This document shows positions 1-10,192 of a stretch of DNA of 52,582 bases, piece after piece. Positions within the stretch are counted from its first letter, which is position 1, and each line of letters opens with the position of its first letter. This stretch comes from a virus (lineage: Duplodnaviria; Caudoviricetes), in IMG/VR virus record IMGVR_UViG_3300042924_001928, positions 1 to 52,582 of that record. One strand, written 5' to 3'. A program made the position numbers and the translations under genes. The notes beneath the pieces were generated by a model, which was not told the origin of the DNA, did no database searches, and worked only from the letters and a program-made list of their open reading frames with translations.

Positions 1-856
1 CGCCTCCGGCACGTGTGGATGATTCGCGTCCTGATCCAGTCACGATACTCCTTGGTTTACTTCGAGCAGACGGATATTCGTCTGTATTTCGATTGTATCG
101 GTGGGGGAGATACTGTTGCAAGCGATTATCAAGCTCTTCCCAGTATTCTCTGTTCATAGGGTCCCACCCTTCAGCCGTCAGTGCCTCATCAATCTGTTTG
201 GCAATTCGGCTGTCCATATCCTTGTTGTCAGGCTTGTACCAGCGGTTGCGATCCATCCAGTCAGCCGCAAGCCTTTGCAGGCGAGGGTCCGGGATGTTTT
301 GCTGGCGCTGCGGCTGGACTGCCGTCTTCTTCAGGTTATTGAGGGTGTCGACCTGCTGGCGGGCTTCGTACCAAAGCTCTTGAGCCTTGGCCAGTGCTTC
401 ACCGTCTCCTGCATTGGTTGCCTCGGCGATCTTTGCCTTGGCATATTGCAGGCGCACATTCATGTCCTCAATAGCCTTGTCGATGCGAGCCAGATCCGCC
501 GAGTGAGTCTTGCGCTCAACAGCAGATAGGCGCTCCAAAAGCTCCTGGTTCTGCCGCTCAAGCAGGGCCAGCTTGTGGTCCTTCTCGACATTGGTGCGCT
601 TGACCAGTTCGCGCTTGGCCTTGCGGCGGGCGCGTTTGGCGGCCCTCAGGGCCTCGCTATCGTCCGGGTGGTCCTCGTTGTCCGGGTCATCCCCGGCAGC
701 ACCACCTTCGGCAGCAGCCACTTCTGGCTGGGCCTCTTCCTCTTCGCCTTCATCGGCCTGAGGATTCGGGATGGTGTCAGGAAGGGCCACAACGGCAGAG
801 CCGTCGAGTTCCTCCTTGACTTCAATTCGGTCGTCGTCTTGTTTGTCAGTGCTCAT
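1..856 (-). CDS. Putative capsid scaffolding protein, truncated at the left edge
   Basis: Not in the ORF track. ATG at 856 with AAGGAG RBS; open to the edge: MSTDKQDDDRIEVKEELDGSAVV..., acidic N-terminus then long coiled coil; lies downstream of portal and GroES. Confidence 0.7.
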   Translation of the reverse strand, partial: MSTDKQDDDRIEVKEELDGSAVVALPDTIPNPQADEGEEEEAQPEVAAAEGGAAGDDPDNEDHPDDSEALRAAKRARRKAKRELVKRTNVEKDHKLALLERQNQELLERLSAVERKTHSADLARIDKAIEDMNVRLQYAKAKIAEATNAGDGEALAKAQELWYEARQQVDTLNNLKKTAVQPQRQQNIPDPRLQRLAADWMDRNRWYKPDNKDMDSRIAKQIDEALTAEGWDPMNREYWEELDNRLQQYLPHRYNRNTDEYPSARSKPRSIVTGSGRESSTRAGG

Positions 857-865
857 AGTCGCTCC

Positions 866-1306
866 TTAGATAAACGATCGCATCAGCAACGGATTGCAGG
901 TGACTTTGGCAATCACCTCGTGGTCGTTGAGGATCATGAACAGCGCGGGGTCTTCTAGGTCGTTCTCCTCGCCCGGTACGGGTACTTCCCACCGGTCGCC
1001 GCCCCACTTCGGGACGCGGATGTAATCACCTGCCTCGCACCATGAACCCTCAGGCCACGGCTCGTTCGTATCGCGGTTGCGGAAGGCCAGCGGACCAATC
1101 TCAATGACTTTCGCCACCATGTTGTTCCACTTCTCGGTTTCCTTGGTCTCTTCGACCAAGATAATCCCGGCACTGGTCGCCTTCTTTTTGGTCCGACGCA
1201 ATTGCACAAGAATGCGTCCACCAAGAGGTTTCGCACCGGGGTCTACACTCGGGAAAGCCCAAGCAATGTCAGCGTCGCTAAACGCTTCCGGCTCATTCAT
1301 CTTCAT
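866..1306 (-). CDS. groES: GroES/Cpn10-like co-chaperonin
   Basis: KPLGGRILV, TSAGIIL mobile-loop-like segment, AKVIEIGP, GDYI and ILNDHEVIAKV match the GroES pattern. Confidence 0.85.
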   Translation of the reverse strand: MKMNEPEAFSDADIAWAFPSVDPGAKPLGGRILVQLRRTKKKATSAGIILVEETKETEKWNNMVAKVIEIGPLAFRNRDTNEPWPEGSWCEAGDYIRVPKWGGDRWEVPVPGEENDLEDPALFMILNDHEVIAKVTCNPLLMRSFI

Positions 1307-1478
1307 CTGGTTCCTTTAAGAGGTTATTTAAGATTTCAAGGGATTCTTCAAGCCCTTGATAATGACCAACAACGCGCTGGTACGCCTCCCAAGACGCAGT
1401 GTTTCCCACCGCTAGGGACAGCCTTATTTCAGCTTGGCGTGCCTTGATGGCCGCGATGAGGTCAGATACCTGTCTCAT
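1293..1478 (-). CDS. Small helical head-module protein
   Basis: 61-aa ORF, ATGA-coupled to the upstream gene, between portal and GroES. Confidence 0.7.
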   Translation of the reverse strand: MRQVSDLIAAIKARQAEIRLSLAVGNTASWEAYQRVVGHYQGLEESLEILNNLLKEPDEDE

Positions 1479-1633
1479 TTTTTCTTGGCCTGGGCGAGTG
1501 CACCTCCTTGGGGTTTGCTGGCCGGTGCCTTGGTGGGCTGGCCTTTGGGTTGCAGGGACGTGCCGTCAAGTTTCTCGCCCATGGCGATACGCTTGTGCAT
1601 CGGGATAAACAGACTGTTGTCTTGCTGTGCCAT
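1475..1633 (-). CDS. Small basic protein (52 aa)
   Basis: Not in the ORF track. MAQQDNSLFIPMHKRIAMGEKLDG...KPQGGALAQAKKK; TAATG overlap with the portal stop and ATGA overlap with the next gene. Confidence 0.7.
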   Translation of the reverse strand: MAQQDNSLFIPMHKRIAMGEKLDGTSLQPKGQPTKAPASKPQGGALAQAKKK

Positions 1634-4155
1634 TAGAAACCTCCAAGTAGTCGGCGTTGTGCTTCGTTCTGAAGCGAAATTGCAGTTTCAAACTGCTCTG
1701 ATTGCAGTTCGGCGTCTTTTTGCGTCAAACGTGCAGTCTCAATACGCTCCTTCGTGAGGTTGTCCGCGGCATTCAGCGCCACGTCAATCTGCTCACGGCG
1801 AGCATCTTTCTCGGCATCCAGAGTCATCTTCTGGTTCTGTAGGGCAAGCTCACCCTGATCACGCTGGGCGCGACGGTTGGTCTCGGCCATGCTGGTCTCC
1901 ATGAGAACCTGCGCCTCAGGCGGCAATTGCGGCTTAGGCGTGAGTTGCTGCATAGCCTGGAGCATTTCCTGGACCTTGGGCACCACCTGCTCGAAGACCT
2001 TCTGAGCATCTTCGGCGACGTGTTGAGACGCCAGGGCAAACACCTTGTCGATCTCGGCCGTCAGGCGCACGTCTTCGTACTCCTGCTCGGTGATCGGCCG
2101 GTTGTTGCGGGCCTTGGTCACGTAGCCATTGGTACGGTTGAGGTACCACAGGACCATGTGCTGCTTGATGTGCTCCAGGGCACGCGGCAGGTAGATCGAG
2201 GCCATGATGGGATTACCACCGAAAGCCGGGTTCAGGCCGAAGTCCAGGTGGCTCTGAATGTGAGCCAGATGGTCCTGGTGGATGTAGGCATAGCCGTTCT
2301 GCCCGATAGCCATGGCCACGTTTTCGTCGGCCGGGTTGCGCTCTTCCGGTGCCGGGGTGTTCTTGAGGATCTCGTTGATGCCAGGGATCTTGATCTGCTT
2401 GAGGAATCGCTCCTCCACAGCCCTGCGGTCATACAGATCCGGGTACTTGTCAGCCCGGGCCAGCACGGCCTGAATCTGGGCCATACGCTGGGTCTCGGAA
2501 AAGATGTGCGGATCAGACACCGGCACCACGTCGGTGTTGCGGCGGAAGTCTTCCTTGTCGATCTCCAGGTCGGCGACGATCTCGCCCTTACGCTGGTCTT
2601 CCAGGTACCACCGGTTCAGGCGGCCCAGGATCTTGAGCACCCGAGCCTGGGAGTCATGCAGTCGGGCATGAATCGCAGAGAACACGGCGGCGCCCTGCTC
2701 GATGAGTGCCTGAGTCGTGCCCACCGGCGCGTTGGAGGTCACGTCAGCGATCTTCTCTTCCGCGGTGGTCACCACACCCTTGGCGGCCTTATCCAGCCAG
2801 CCCAGAAGCTCCAGCAGCACCGGAGACGGCGGATTGAACGGCATGGGCATGGCGATCTTGCGGATGTCGTCCACGCCTGGGGCGCCTTCGATCTCGCAGA
2901 CCTGGGTGACGTCCACCTGCTGGCTCTGGCCAGAGATCTTGGCACCCTTGAGCTTGAGCATGGTTGCCGCGTTGTTGATGTGCGCGGAGTCCAGCAAAGC
3001 ACGCAGGGCGCCCGTCAGAGCGGCAGACAGTCCACCGATAAGGTGAGGCATGCCGATGGCGTAAGCACCGCGCCAGGGGATGAATTTGAACTCCACGACC
3101 CAGTCGAGCTTGGTCATGGTCTCGTCGCCTTCTTCCCAGTTGCGGTACAGGCCCACCACCTCGTTCTCAAGCTCATCGATCATGAGCACGTACGGGGCGC
3201 TTTCGCCTTTGGACCGGCCGTCTTCGTCGATCTCCAGCCACGTATAGATGTGATAGACGACGCGCACGCCGTCTTCGTTGTCCTCAAACTTGCGGCCTTC
3301 GATCTTGTCGTTGGCCTTCTGGGCCTTGGACTCTTCCGGCTCCATTGTTGCGCGGATGAGACTAATGTCTCGGTACAAACCCGAACGAATGCGGCGCTTG
3401 AACTCCCACTCGGTGATGTCGTGCACTTCGGTTGCACGCTGTGCCGTGTAGAAGTTTGTCGCGGCAAACGGTACGATCACGCGATCGATGGGCATGAACT
3501 CAGCGCAGGGCCTCTTTTTGTCCTCGTCGTACCAGAGCTTGAGGTACTGAGAGCCGCCCAGGGGTAGCTGGGTCAGAAGCTGCTCCTGCTCATCGCGGAA
3601 CTCTTCAATCTGCTCCGTCAACTGCCAGTTCATGTAGTCGCGCTTGCGCTCGGCGCGTTGAACTTTCTCCTCGTCAGCAACGCCCAGGATCTTGGTCCGC
3701 ACCGGGCCATCCGGCGGGAACAATTCCTTGATGGCGCGGGAGGCAAAGTCCACGCAGGCTTCAGCCATGACAGGGTGCACAACCTTTGAGGCGCCCATGA
3801 AGGTGGCGCCACCAGGAGCATCCTTGCCCATGCCGGTGCGCTTCAGTCCCTCTTCGTATTGCTTGTCTCGCTCTTCGCGGGCCTGCTTGTCTTTCTTAAC
3901 CAGATCGATGAATCGCAGGGCCATCGAGTCCAGCTTCATGGGGTCGACGGTCTCGGCGAGGTTCTGGTAGAAGTCCTCGTCTTCCATCGGCCCTTCGGTC
4001 TCCATCTTGACTACGGCCGACCCATCGGGAAGCTCTTCGATCTCCGCCTCTTCAGGAGGCAGTTCGACCTCGATGTCTTCCTCTTCCATCGCCTCGTCAG
4101 GGATGCCTTCAATGAATCGTCCGTACTCGGGATCAATGGGGAATTCAGTGGCCAT
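1633..4155 (-). CDS. Portal protein
   Basis: 840 aa, near terL; acidic N-terminus, VVHPVMAEAC, LPLGGSQYLK, APVGTTQALIEQG and a Q-rich helical C-terminus resemble P22-type portals. Confidence 0.85.
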   Translation of the reverse strand: MATEFPIDPEYGRFIEGIPDEAMEEEDIEVELPPEEAEIEELPDGSAVVKMETEGPMEDEDFYQNLAETVDPMKLDSMALRFIDLVKKDKQAREERDKQYEEGLKRTGMGKDAPGGATFMGASKVVHPVMAEACVDFASRAIKELFPPDGPVRTKILGVADEEKVQRAERKRDYMNWQLTEQIEEFRDEQEQLLTQLPLGGSQYLKLWYDEDKKRPCAEFMPIDRVIVPFAATNFYTAQRATEVHDITEWEFKRRIRSGLYRDISLIRATMEPEESKAQKANDKIEGRKFEDNEDGVRVVYHIYTWLEIDEDGRSKGESAPYVLMIDELENEVVGLYRNWEEGDETMTKLDWVVEFKFIPWRGAYAIGMPHLIGGLSAALTGALRALLDSAHINNAATMLKLKGAKISGQSQQVDVTQVCEIEGAPGVDDIRKIAMPMPFNPPSPVLLELLGWLDKAAKGVVTTAEEKIADVTSNAPVGTTQALIEQGAAVFSAIHARLHDSQARVLKILGRLNRWYLEDQRKGEIVADLEIDKEDFRRNTDVVPVSDPHIFSETQRMAQIQAVLARADKYPDLYDRRAVEERFLKQIKIPGINEILKNTPAPEERNPADENVAMAIGQNGYAYIHQDHLAHIQSHLDFGLNPAFGGNPIMASIYLPRALEHIKQHMVLWYLNRTNGYVTKARNNRPITEQEYEDVRLTAEIDKVFALASQHVAEDAQKVFEQVVPKVQEMLQAMQQLTPKPQLPPEAQVLMETSMAETNRRAQRDQGELALQNQKMTLDAEKDARREQIDVALNAADNLTKERIETARLTQKDAELQSEQFETAISLQNEAQRRLLGGF

Positions 4156-4169
4156 GTTCTAACCTTCTC

Positions 4170-7100
4170 TTATCGGATAAGGGCCGCCAGCATCTGGGCG
4201 TCCTTGTTGTTCGTGATCTTGACCTTGCGCTTCTTCTTGACAGCGCCGCCCTTCTTCTTCTCGGTGCGTAGGTCAGGCATGCCTTCCTTCTTGAACCACG
4301 GCATCAGCACACCCTCTCCGGTATCAATCATGTTGAGGATGTAGTTGCGGATGTTGCGCGGGGTCGGCGTGATGCCAGAGCCCTGCAAGGTGTACGCCGT
4401 TTGGCGCTCCAGCAGGTCCAGCGCATCGCCACGCGGAGACTTCAGGCCCGTTAATTCACCGCCGCCGAACCAGCGACCAGCCTGGGCCATGCCGCCAGGG
4501 ATGCCAAGCTCACCAGCGATGTCCAGCATCTTGCCCTCGGCCGCGCCGTACTCGGTCGGGCCAAAACCACCCTGCTCAGTGAAGTAGGGATGGAAGCGGC
4601 TGCCGCGGGTTTGGCCTGCTGCCTCATGGACGTCCAGCACCACTGACTGACCGAAGTCGCCAGCCTTCTGAGTGCCGTAAGTCGGAATCTTGTAGTTGGT
4701 CGGGATGTCGGCCTTGAGTAGTTCGCGCAGGTCCTGATTTCCCTCCAAGACGTTTTTCACGCCCTCACGGTGCACAGGCATCAGCGGCAGTCCGGTGCCG
4801 TATTGGTCCTTGAACTTGGCCATCTCGCGGGTGACCGTCTCCTCATCGAGGGGCAGGCCACGAGCACGCATGTCGCGCAGGAACTGGCCCACGGCCATCT
4901 CGTTCATGATCGAGTTGCGGGCCGATGCCGGGGCGATGCTGTGCACGAAGAGGTTGAACTTCTCCTCGGGGATGCCGCGCTCTAGGGCTGCGAGCTTCAG
5001 GGGATAGAGAGACGCATAGAACGTCTCGCCACCCAACGGCAGGCCGCGGGTGATCTGGCCCTTGATCAGTTCCCGGTTGACCGGGTCTTCGTAGATCTCT
5101 TCGATGTGGCTCAGGTCAGCACGGGCAGGCTTGTACCGCGGGAAGCGGGTCTGCTCGATGCCGGGAAATCCCTCTAGGGCTTCCTTGATGCGCTCACGGT
5201 CGAAGGCTTGCAGTTCTTTGCGGGGAGGCGTCCAAGGCTCCACCGGCTGGGCCAGGAAGTCGCGGGTCTCTTGAATTCGCTTCTCCACAACCTCAGGCAC
5301 GTTGCGCTGACGCTCCGGCAGGGAGGCGCTGAACTTGGACTTCTCCAGGGCGCCGTAAGTCTTCTCCAGGGCGGGCTTCTCAACCTTCTCCCACTTGAGC
5401 TTCTGCTCGGCCTGACGCAGGCCCTTCTTCATGGCATCAGCGTCAGAGAGCTTGGGGTTGTCGGCTTTGATCTTGTCGGCCATCTTCTCGGCGGTAGACT
5501 CAAGCTGCTTCTGAGTGAAGGCGGGCTTGACGACCTCCTTGATCTTCTCCTTGAGCTTTTCCTTGATGCCGCCACCACCGGCCATGCCCAGCAGACCCTT
5601 TAGCTCATCGCGCATCGGATCAGGGCTGACGTAACCACCGGCGGCCATTGACAGGCGCATGGTGTCGAGGTTGTCAGAGATGTGAACCCGGCCACCCTTC
5701 TTCTTGAGTTGGGTGCGGGCCTTCACGTCCTCAGGCTTGAGTTCCCGGGCTTTGGTGACGGTGACGTCGCGGTTGTACTTGTCGATCGGAATGGCCAGAC
5801 CGTACTGGCGGCCAGCGAACGGGTCGACCATCAGCATCTCAACGTGGGGATCGCCACCACGCTCTGCGGCTCGGCGGTTGGCATAGTACTCGGCCACTTT
5901 GCGCTGCGGGGTAGCAGACAGCGACGGGTCATCGGCCAGTTCACCGGTGTAGCCACGATAGACGCCCATCATCATCTTCTGCTCGGGCACTTCTTTTTTG
6001 GCCACGCCAAGCATGTCCTTGAGCTTGTCCTTGATGGCGTCCTTGACGGCGCCTCCGCCCGCATATGGGCGCACTGGTGTGGGTTTGAACATGATGGCCG
6101 TGGGTTTGGTTAGGTTGGGGTTCAGCACGCCCTCGTAGCCATACTCCTTGGCCAGTCGCTCTACGTCCGTGAATGGGCTGCCCTGCACCAGACCCTTGTT
6201 GGCTGGCGCGGTGTAAGGGATGCGGCTACTTTCGGCGGCCAGGGTCCGCAGCTTCAGCGGGTCGGCTGCCACGTCATACAGGCCCTGAGACTCAGCGCCA
6301 TAGCGGTATGGGCCCAGCCCTGGCTCCGGCGTGATCATGCCGGGTTGGCCAGCGTAGAAGTAGCTGCGCTCCATGACCGCTCCCGGCGTGTCCTTCAAGC
6401 GGGCCATTTCCTCGCCCTTGATGCCGGTGCCGTACATACGGGGGTCGGTCATAGACAGGTCTGGCCGGGTGCTGAAGTGCGTCAATTGGGCCGCGGTGGT
6501 TGTACCGGCCTCTGGCTTGATCAGCGGCTGCACAGAGGAGGGCATGCCACCCTTGTAGTTCAGGTCGAGGAACTCAGGCGGCAGGATCACGCTCTTCTGG
6601 GGCGCGAACTGGAACTGCTGCCATGCCTCGCCCAGATCCTTGTTGATCTCGTCCAGCATGGCCGTCTGGCCACGTCGGCGGGCCTCATAGGCTTGGCCGT
6701 TCAATTCGTTGATGCGGGCCTTCAGTTCGGCGTTCAGCGGGGTGTAGTTCACGAAGCTGTTCTGGCCGCGGGTTTCGCTGGTCATGGCCAAGCGGGCCAG
6801 GGGCGAGAACATCTTGCTGTGGGCGGCCCAGGCAATCTCTTCCCCCTTGGGGCCGAACTGGTTGCCGTGGATGGCGTGGCCAAAGAAGTCGTGCACGGCC
6901 CGGAACATCTCATTGGTGTTCAGGCCGGTATTGGGATCGACGGCGTTCAGGAAGTCGTGGGGGTCACCGCCCTGGTACACGTACATGTGGCGGTTGCCGT
7001 AGATGTCGCGCAGCAGTTCCTTGCTGTTGTCGTAGTTGCCCTCACCAGCGCGGTGATAGGACATATTGATCGGCAGGGCGCGGAACTGTTGCTCAGTCTC

Positions 7101-8114
7101 CTTGGCCAGTTGCCGGTACGACGCCTCCATCAGTTGGTCGTAGTTCTGGGCGCCAGACTTCTCCACCAGGGTGGGGTACTTCTTGGCGTAGGCGTCAAAG
7201 ACCGCGGTTTTGTAAAGCGGGTCATCAGTGGCGGCCAAACCGAAGACGCGGCCGATCGGGGCCTGCTTCAGTAGCGATGACTCGGGGATTTCGGGCAGTT
7301 GGTAGGGGCCACCTGCATTCTTGCGGCTGTACTGGTCAGCCACTTGCCGGACGAAGTTGTCCGGCTGCTTCATCATTTGCTGAATTGCTTCGTCCGTAAC
7401 TGATTGCGAAACATCGCTTCCAGTTGGTCCGAGGATACCTTGGGGGCGCCCAACACCTTCTTTCGTTCCGCGATTCTGTCGCCCAGTTGCTTGAGGTAGG
7501 TTTGGGCGGACTCGATAGAACGGTCCTTCTTGGGTTGTTTCATACGTGACTCCTTGTGGTTTTACAGGCGCCACTGGCGCAGCAGACTCCGGCGTCCTCA
7601 TCGGGACGGGAATCGAACGGTCTTCAATTCTACCTTGAATTGGAGGAGTCCTGGCCTTTTGTGCCAGAGCCTTAGTTGCGGATGCCGTGCCCTTCATGCC
7701 GGGGATCATGCCCACAGCGCCGAAGACGCCCTCCACACCGGCGCCGATGTAGTCACCCTGCTTGGCTGCCTCACCTGCTGCTTCGAGACCGCGGGCAGCC
7801 TCTTGAGTCTGCATGGCCGTACCCAGGAACGGGACGATGTCGGCCAGCCCCATGCCCAGCGGCAAGTTGCTGCTTGTGCCACCCATCAGGGTCTCAGCCC
7901 GCTGGCGTGCTTTGTATCGATCAACCCCAAGGGCTTCCATACCGCGCTGGAGCTTGCTCGCAGCGATCTCCCGGAATGTCGGGTCGTAAGGTTTGATCTC
8001 GCCGGTAATCGGGACGTTTGAAGGCATGGCCGGAAGCGGCGAAGGCGCCGACGGCTTCTCTTCCGGTATTGACCCGAGAACCATGTCGGCAAGCTGCTTT
8101 CCAAAGTCGGCCAT
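4170..8114 (-). CDS. Large multidomain (polyvalent-type) protein, probably virion-packaged
   Basis: 1314 aa between terL and portal; HDFFGH metal-binding-like domain, two ADP-ribosyltransferase-like segments and a C-terminal glycosylase-like segment, separated by GG-motif linkers. Confidence 0.6.
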   Translation of the reverse strand: MADFGKQLADMVLGSIPEEKPSAPSPLPAMPSNVPITGEIKPYDPTFREIAASKLQRGMEALGVDRYKARQRAETLMGGTSSNLPLGMGLADIVPFLGTAMQTQEAARGLEAAGEAAKQGDYIGAGVEGVFGAVGMIPGMKGTASATKALAQKARTPPIQGRIEDRSIPVPMRTPESAAPVAPVKPQGVTYETTQEGPFYRVRPNLPQATGRQNRGTKEGVGRPQGILGPTGSDVSQSVTDEAIQQMMKQPDNFVRQVADQYSRKNAGGPYQLPEIPESSLLKQAPIGRVFGLAATDDPLYKTAVFDAYAKKYPTLVEKSGAQNYDQLMEASYRQLAKETEQQFRALPINMSYHRAGEGNYDNSKELLRDIYGNRHMYVYQGGDPHDFLNAVDPNTGLNTNEMFRAVHDFFGHAIHGNQFGPKGEEIAWAAHSKMFSPLARLAMTSETRGQNSFVNYTPLNAELKARINELNGQAYEARRRGQTAMLDEINKDLGEAWQQFQFAPQKSVILPPEFLDLNYKGGMPSSVQPLIKPEAGTTTAAQLTHFSTRPDLSMTDPRMYGTGIKGEEMARLKDTPGAVMERSYFYAGQPGMITPEPGLGPYRYGAESQGLYDVAADPLKLRTLAAESSRIPYTAPANKGLVQGSPFTDVERLAKEYGYEGVLNPNLTKPTAIMFKPTPVRPYAGGGAVKDAIKDKLKDMLGVAKKEVPEQKMMMGVYRGYTGELADDPSLSATPQRKVAEYYANRRAAERGGDPHVEMLMVDPFAGRQYGLAIPIDKYNRDVTVTKARELKPEDVKARTQLKKKGGRVHISDNLDTMRLSMAAGGYVSPDPMRDELKGLLGMAGGGGIKEKLKEKIKEVVKPAFTQKQLESTAEKMADKIKADNPKLSDADAMKKGLRQAEQKLKWEKVEKPALEKTYGALEKSKFSASLPERQRNVPEVVEKRIQETRDFLAQPVEPWTPPRKELQAFDRERIKEALEGFPGIEQTRFPRYKPARADLSHIEEIYEDPVNRELIKGQITRGLPLGGETFYASLYPLKLAALERGIPEEKFNLFVHSIAPASARNSIMNEMAVGQFLRDMRARGLPLDEETVTREMAKFKDQYGTGLPLMPVHREGVKNVLEGNQDLRELLKADIPTNYKIPTYGTQKAGDFGQSVVLDVHEAAGQTRGSRFHPYFTEQGGFGPTEYGAAEGKMLDIAGELGIPGGMAQAGRWFGGGELTGLKSPRGDALDLLERQTAYTLQGSGITPTPRNIRNYILNMIDTGEGVLMPWFKKEGMPDLRTEKKKGGAVKKKRKVKITNNKDAQMLAALIR

Positions 8115-8163
8115 AGCCTAGCCTCTCGAAGACGAAATTAACCGCAATGATACTCTCGTGCGG

Positions 8164-9585
8164 TCAAACTGCATACGGGTTCTCACGTCGGTTTACTCCC
8201 GCATCGATGTAATCCTCGTCGTCCAATTCATCGGGAGGAGCCGGGTCGATATTCAGGAATCCTGCATCCCGTAAATATCTCAGGGCCTGGGATAAGGCAT
8301 CGCAGAAATCATCGTGGTCAGTATTGGGGAATGAGCACACCTGGGAAACCATTCCCTCGGCCCAGTCCCGGACATACCCTTTCTTATTCATCGACTCCGG
8401 CACCCATACCCTTCCGGCCCGGATGATGTTGGCCACGATGGACAGGCGCTGGACCTTATCTGCTCGGCCGGGGTTATATGACCGCACCGGCACGTGGGCC
8501 CGCTGTAAGTCTTGGATCAGGGATATGCCCGCGGCCTTGTCCTCGACCAGGACCAGATCCACTCGCTTGCGGTCCTTGCCCTCCCCGAAGACGGTCTCGT
8601 ACTCCTCGATGACCTTGGGCTTGAGGTCCGGATACTGGAGCCGGTCCTGCCAGCAGTCGATGATGAGCACCGACATCCCGCCATCCTGGGGCTTGAACAC
8701 CCCAAAGGTGATGGCCGCGGTTGGGTCGTTGTTGGCCTTCTCGGTGAAGGCGCAGTCGTAGGATTGCAGGACGAACTCCAGCCGGGGGATGGGCTTGTCT
8801 GCTGGCCACAGGCGGAACCAGTCGCGGGAGACGATGCCACCCTCTTCCGGGTCGATGATCTCGGCGTAGATCTCCTGGCGGCCGAGCTTAGTGCCCTCGT
8901 ACTGGAGGATCTGCTTCTGAAAGCTAGGCGCAAGGTGCTCGATGTTCGAGTAGGTGCTGGCCGTCGTCAGGTGGACGTCGTCGCCCTCCCGGCCGATCAG
9001 GTCCACGATCAGGTCCTTCGGCTTCGGGGTAGTCGTAGCCATGATGCGGGTTTGGGTTCCCAGGCGGACGGAGAACATGATCATGTCCCACGCCTCTTGC
9101 AGGTACTCCCAGGCGGCCAACTCGTCCAGCCATGCCCCGTGATACTGGCCACCGCGGAAACGCTCAGGCTCAGACGCCGGGACGCCCTTGATCAGGCTGC
9201 CGTTGGTGAGCTTGATCTCATGGTACGCCCGGTTGTAGTCGGCGATCAGGACCTCAGGGATCACGGCCAGGAGGCCAGACTCACCCTCAAAGCACGTGGA
9301 CCGGACGTCCATGGATGTCGGGGCGGCCACCAGCCACCGGGTCCCAGGCTGCTCCCAGGCCCACCAGCCGATCTGCTCCGCTGCTGTACGGGTTTTCCCT
9401 GCACCGCGGCCAGCCAGCAGCAGCCAGATGGTCCACCAGTCCCCAGGGGGCAGGATCTGATGGTCGTGGGCGGTGGATAGCCACTTGGTGCGCCACTCGA
9501 AGGCGGCCCTCCGTTCGGGAGGCAGTAGGGCGTATTTCTGCCGAACCTCCTCGTCCTTGAGGGTCTCGATCAGCGGATCAGCCAT
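8164..9585 (-). CDS. terL: Terminase large subunit
   Basis: Walker A AGRGAGKT, Walker B AWLDE, TTTPK coupling motif, nuclease acidic motifs SYDCA and HDDFCDA. Confidence 0.95.
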   Translation of the reverse strand: MADPLIETLKDEEVRQKYALLPPERRAAFEWRTKWLSTAHDHQILPPGDWWTIWLLLAGRGAGKTRTAAEQIGWWAWEQPGTRWLVAAPTSMDVRSTCFEGESGLLAVIPEVLIADYNRAYHEIKLTNGSLIKGVPASEPERFRGGQYHGAWLDELAAWEYLQEAWDMIMFSVRLGTQTRIMATTTPKPKDLIVDLIGREGDDVHLTTASTYSNIEHLAPSFQKQILQYEGTKLGRQEIYAEIIDPEEGGIVSRDWFRLWPADKPIPRLEFVLQSYDCAFTEKANNDPTAAITFGVFKPQDGGMSVLIIDCWQDRLQYPDLKPKVIEEYETVFGEGKDRKRVDLVLVEDKAAGISLIQDLQRAHVPVRSYNPGRADKVQRLSIVANIIRAGRVWVPESMNKKGYVRDWAEGMVSQVCSFPNTDHDDFCDALSQALRYLRDAGFLNIDPAPPDELDDEDYIDAGVNRRENPYAV

Positions 9586-10162
9586 GGGCTTTTGTTTGTC
9601 GCTTGGCCTCGATGTTCTTGATCAGGGCGTCGAAGATACTGATGTCTGCTTCGACCTTCAGGGGGTTTTCGGCGTCTCCGCCCAGCGCCAGCTTGTCGCC
9701 GTACTTCTTGGGCTTGAGCTTCATGGCGGTCCACTTACGGGCGTCGATCCGGTTCTTCTGCCACTGGAGGAAGGCGCCGTCCAGCTTGTGCTCGATCAGT
9801 TCGCCTTGCTTGTTCGTCACGGCAATGACTTCGGGCTGCTCATCGGCGATGGCGATGATCTCGTCGGCCAGGGTGTCGGCCTGCTCTTCTCTGGCGCGTG
9901 CGTATTGGTCGGCAAATGAAGAGTGACGCAGCAACCAATCGTAAACCGTGGACCGATCGGGCATCCCTTCGTCCTTTACGATCTCCCTGAGGCTTTCCCC
10001 TTCAGCTATCCGGATACAGATGACGTCAGCAATGTGCTGGGAGAAGGTGGTGGGGCGGCCTACCTTGGCCTTTTGGGCGGGTTTTTGAGGCGCGGGCTGC
10101 TCTACCCCAGCGATAGGGGTTTCTGGCGCTTCTGCGGCCTTCTTGGTTGACTTGCGTGGCAT
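9578..10162 (-). CDS. terS: Terminase small subunit
   Basis: GRPT..., HTH (GESLREI..GMPDRSTVYDW), FADQYARARE, RIDARKW..KLKPKKYGDK; overlaps the terL start. Confidence 0.9.
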   Translation of the reverse strand: MPRKSTKKAAEAPETPIAGVEQPAPQKPAQKAKVGRPTTFSQHIADVICIRIAEGESLREIVKDEGMPDRSTVYDWLLRHSSFADQYARAREEQADTLADEIIAIADEQPEVIAVTNKQGELIEHKLDGAFLQWQKNRIDARKWTAMKLKPKKYGDKLALGGDAENPLKVEADISIFDALIKNIEAKRQTKAHG

Positions 10163-10192
10163 CTCATTCTTCCAGAGACATTGACGCCAACG

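Noticed and set aside
1927-3567. 546-aa + strand ORF and similar long antisense ORFs (6345..7274, 8512..9480, 50927..51721)
   Set aside because: Shadow frames of well-supported minus-strand genes in GC-rich DNA, with no recognisable motifs
8164-9585. Intein or intron in terL
   Set aside because: Normal length with contiguous ATPase and nuclease motifs, and no splicing motifs seen
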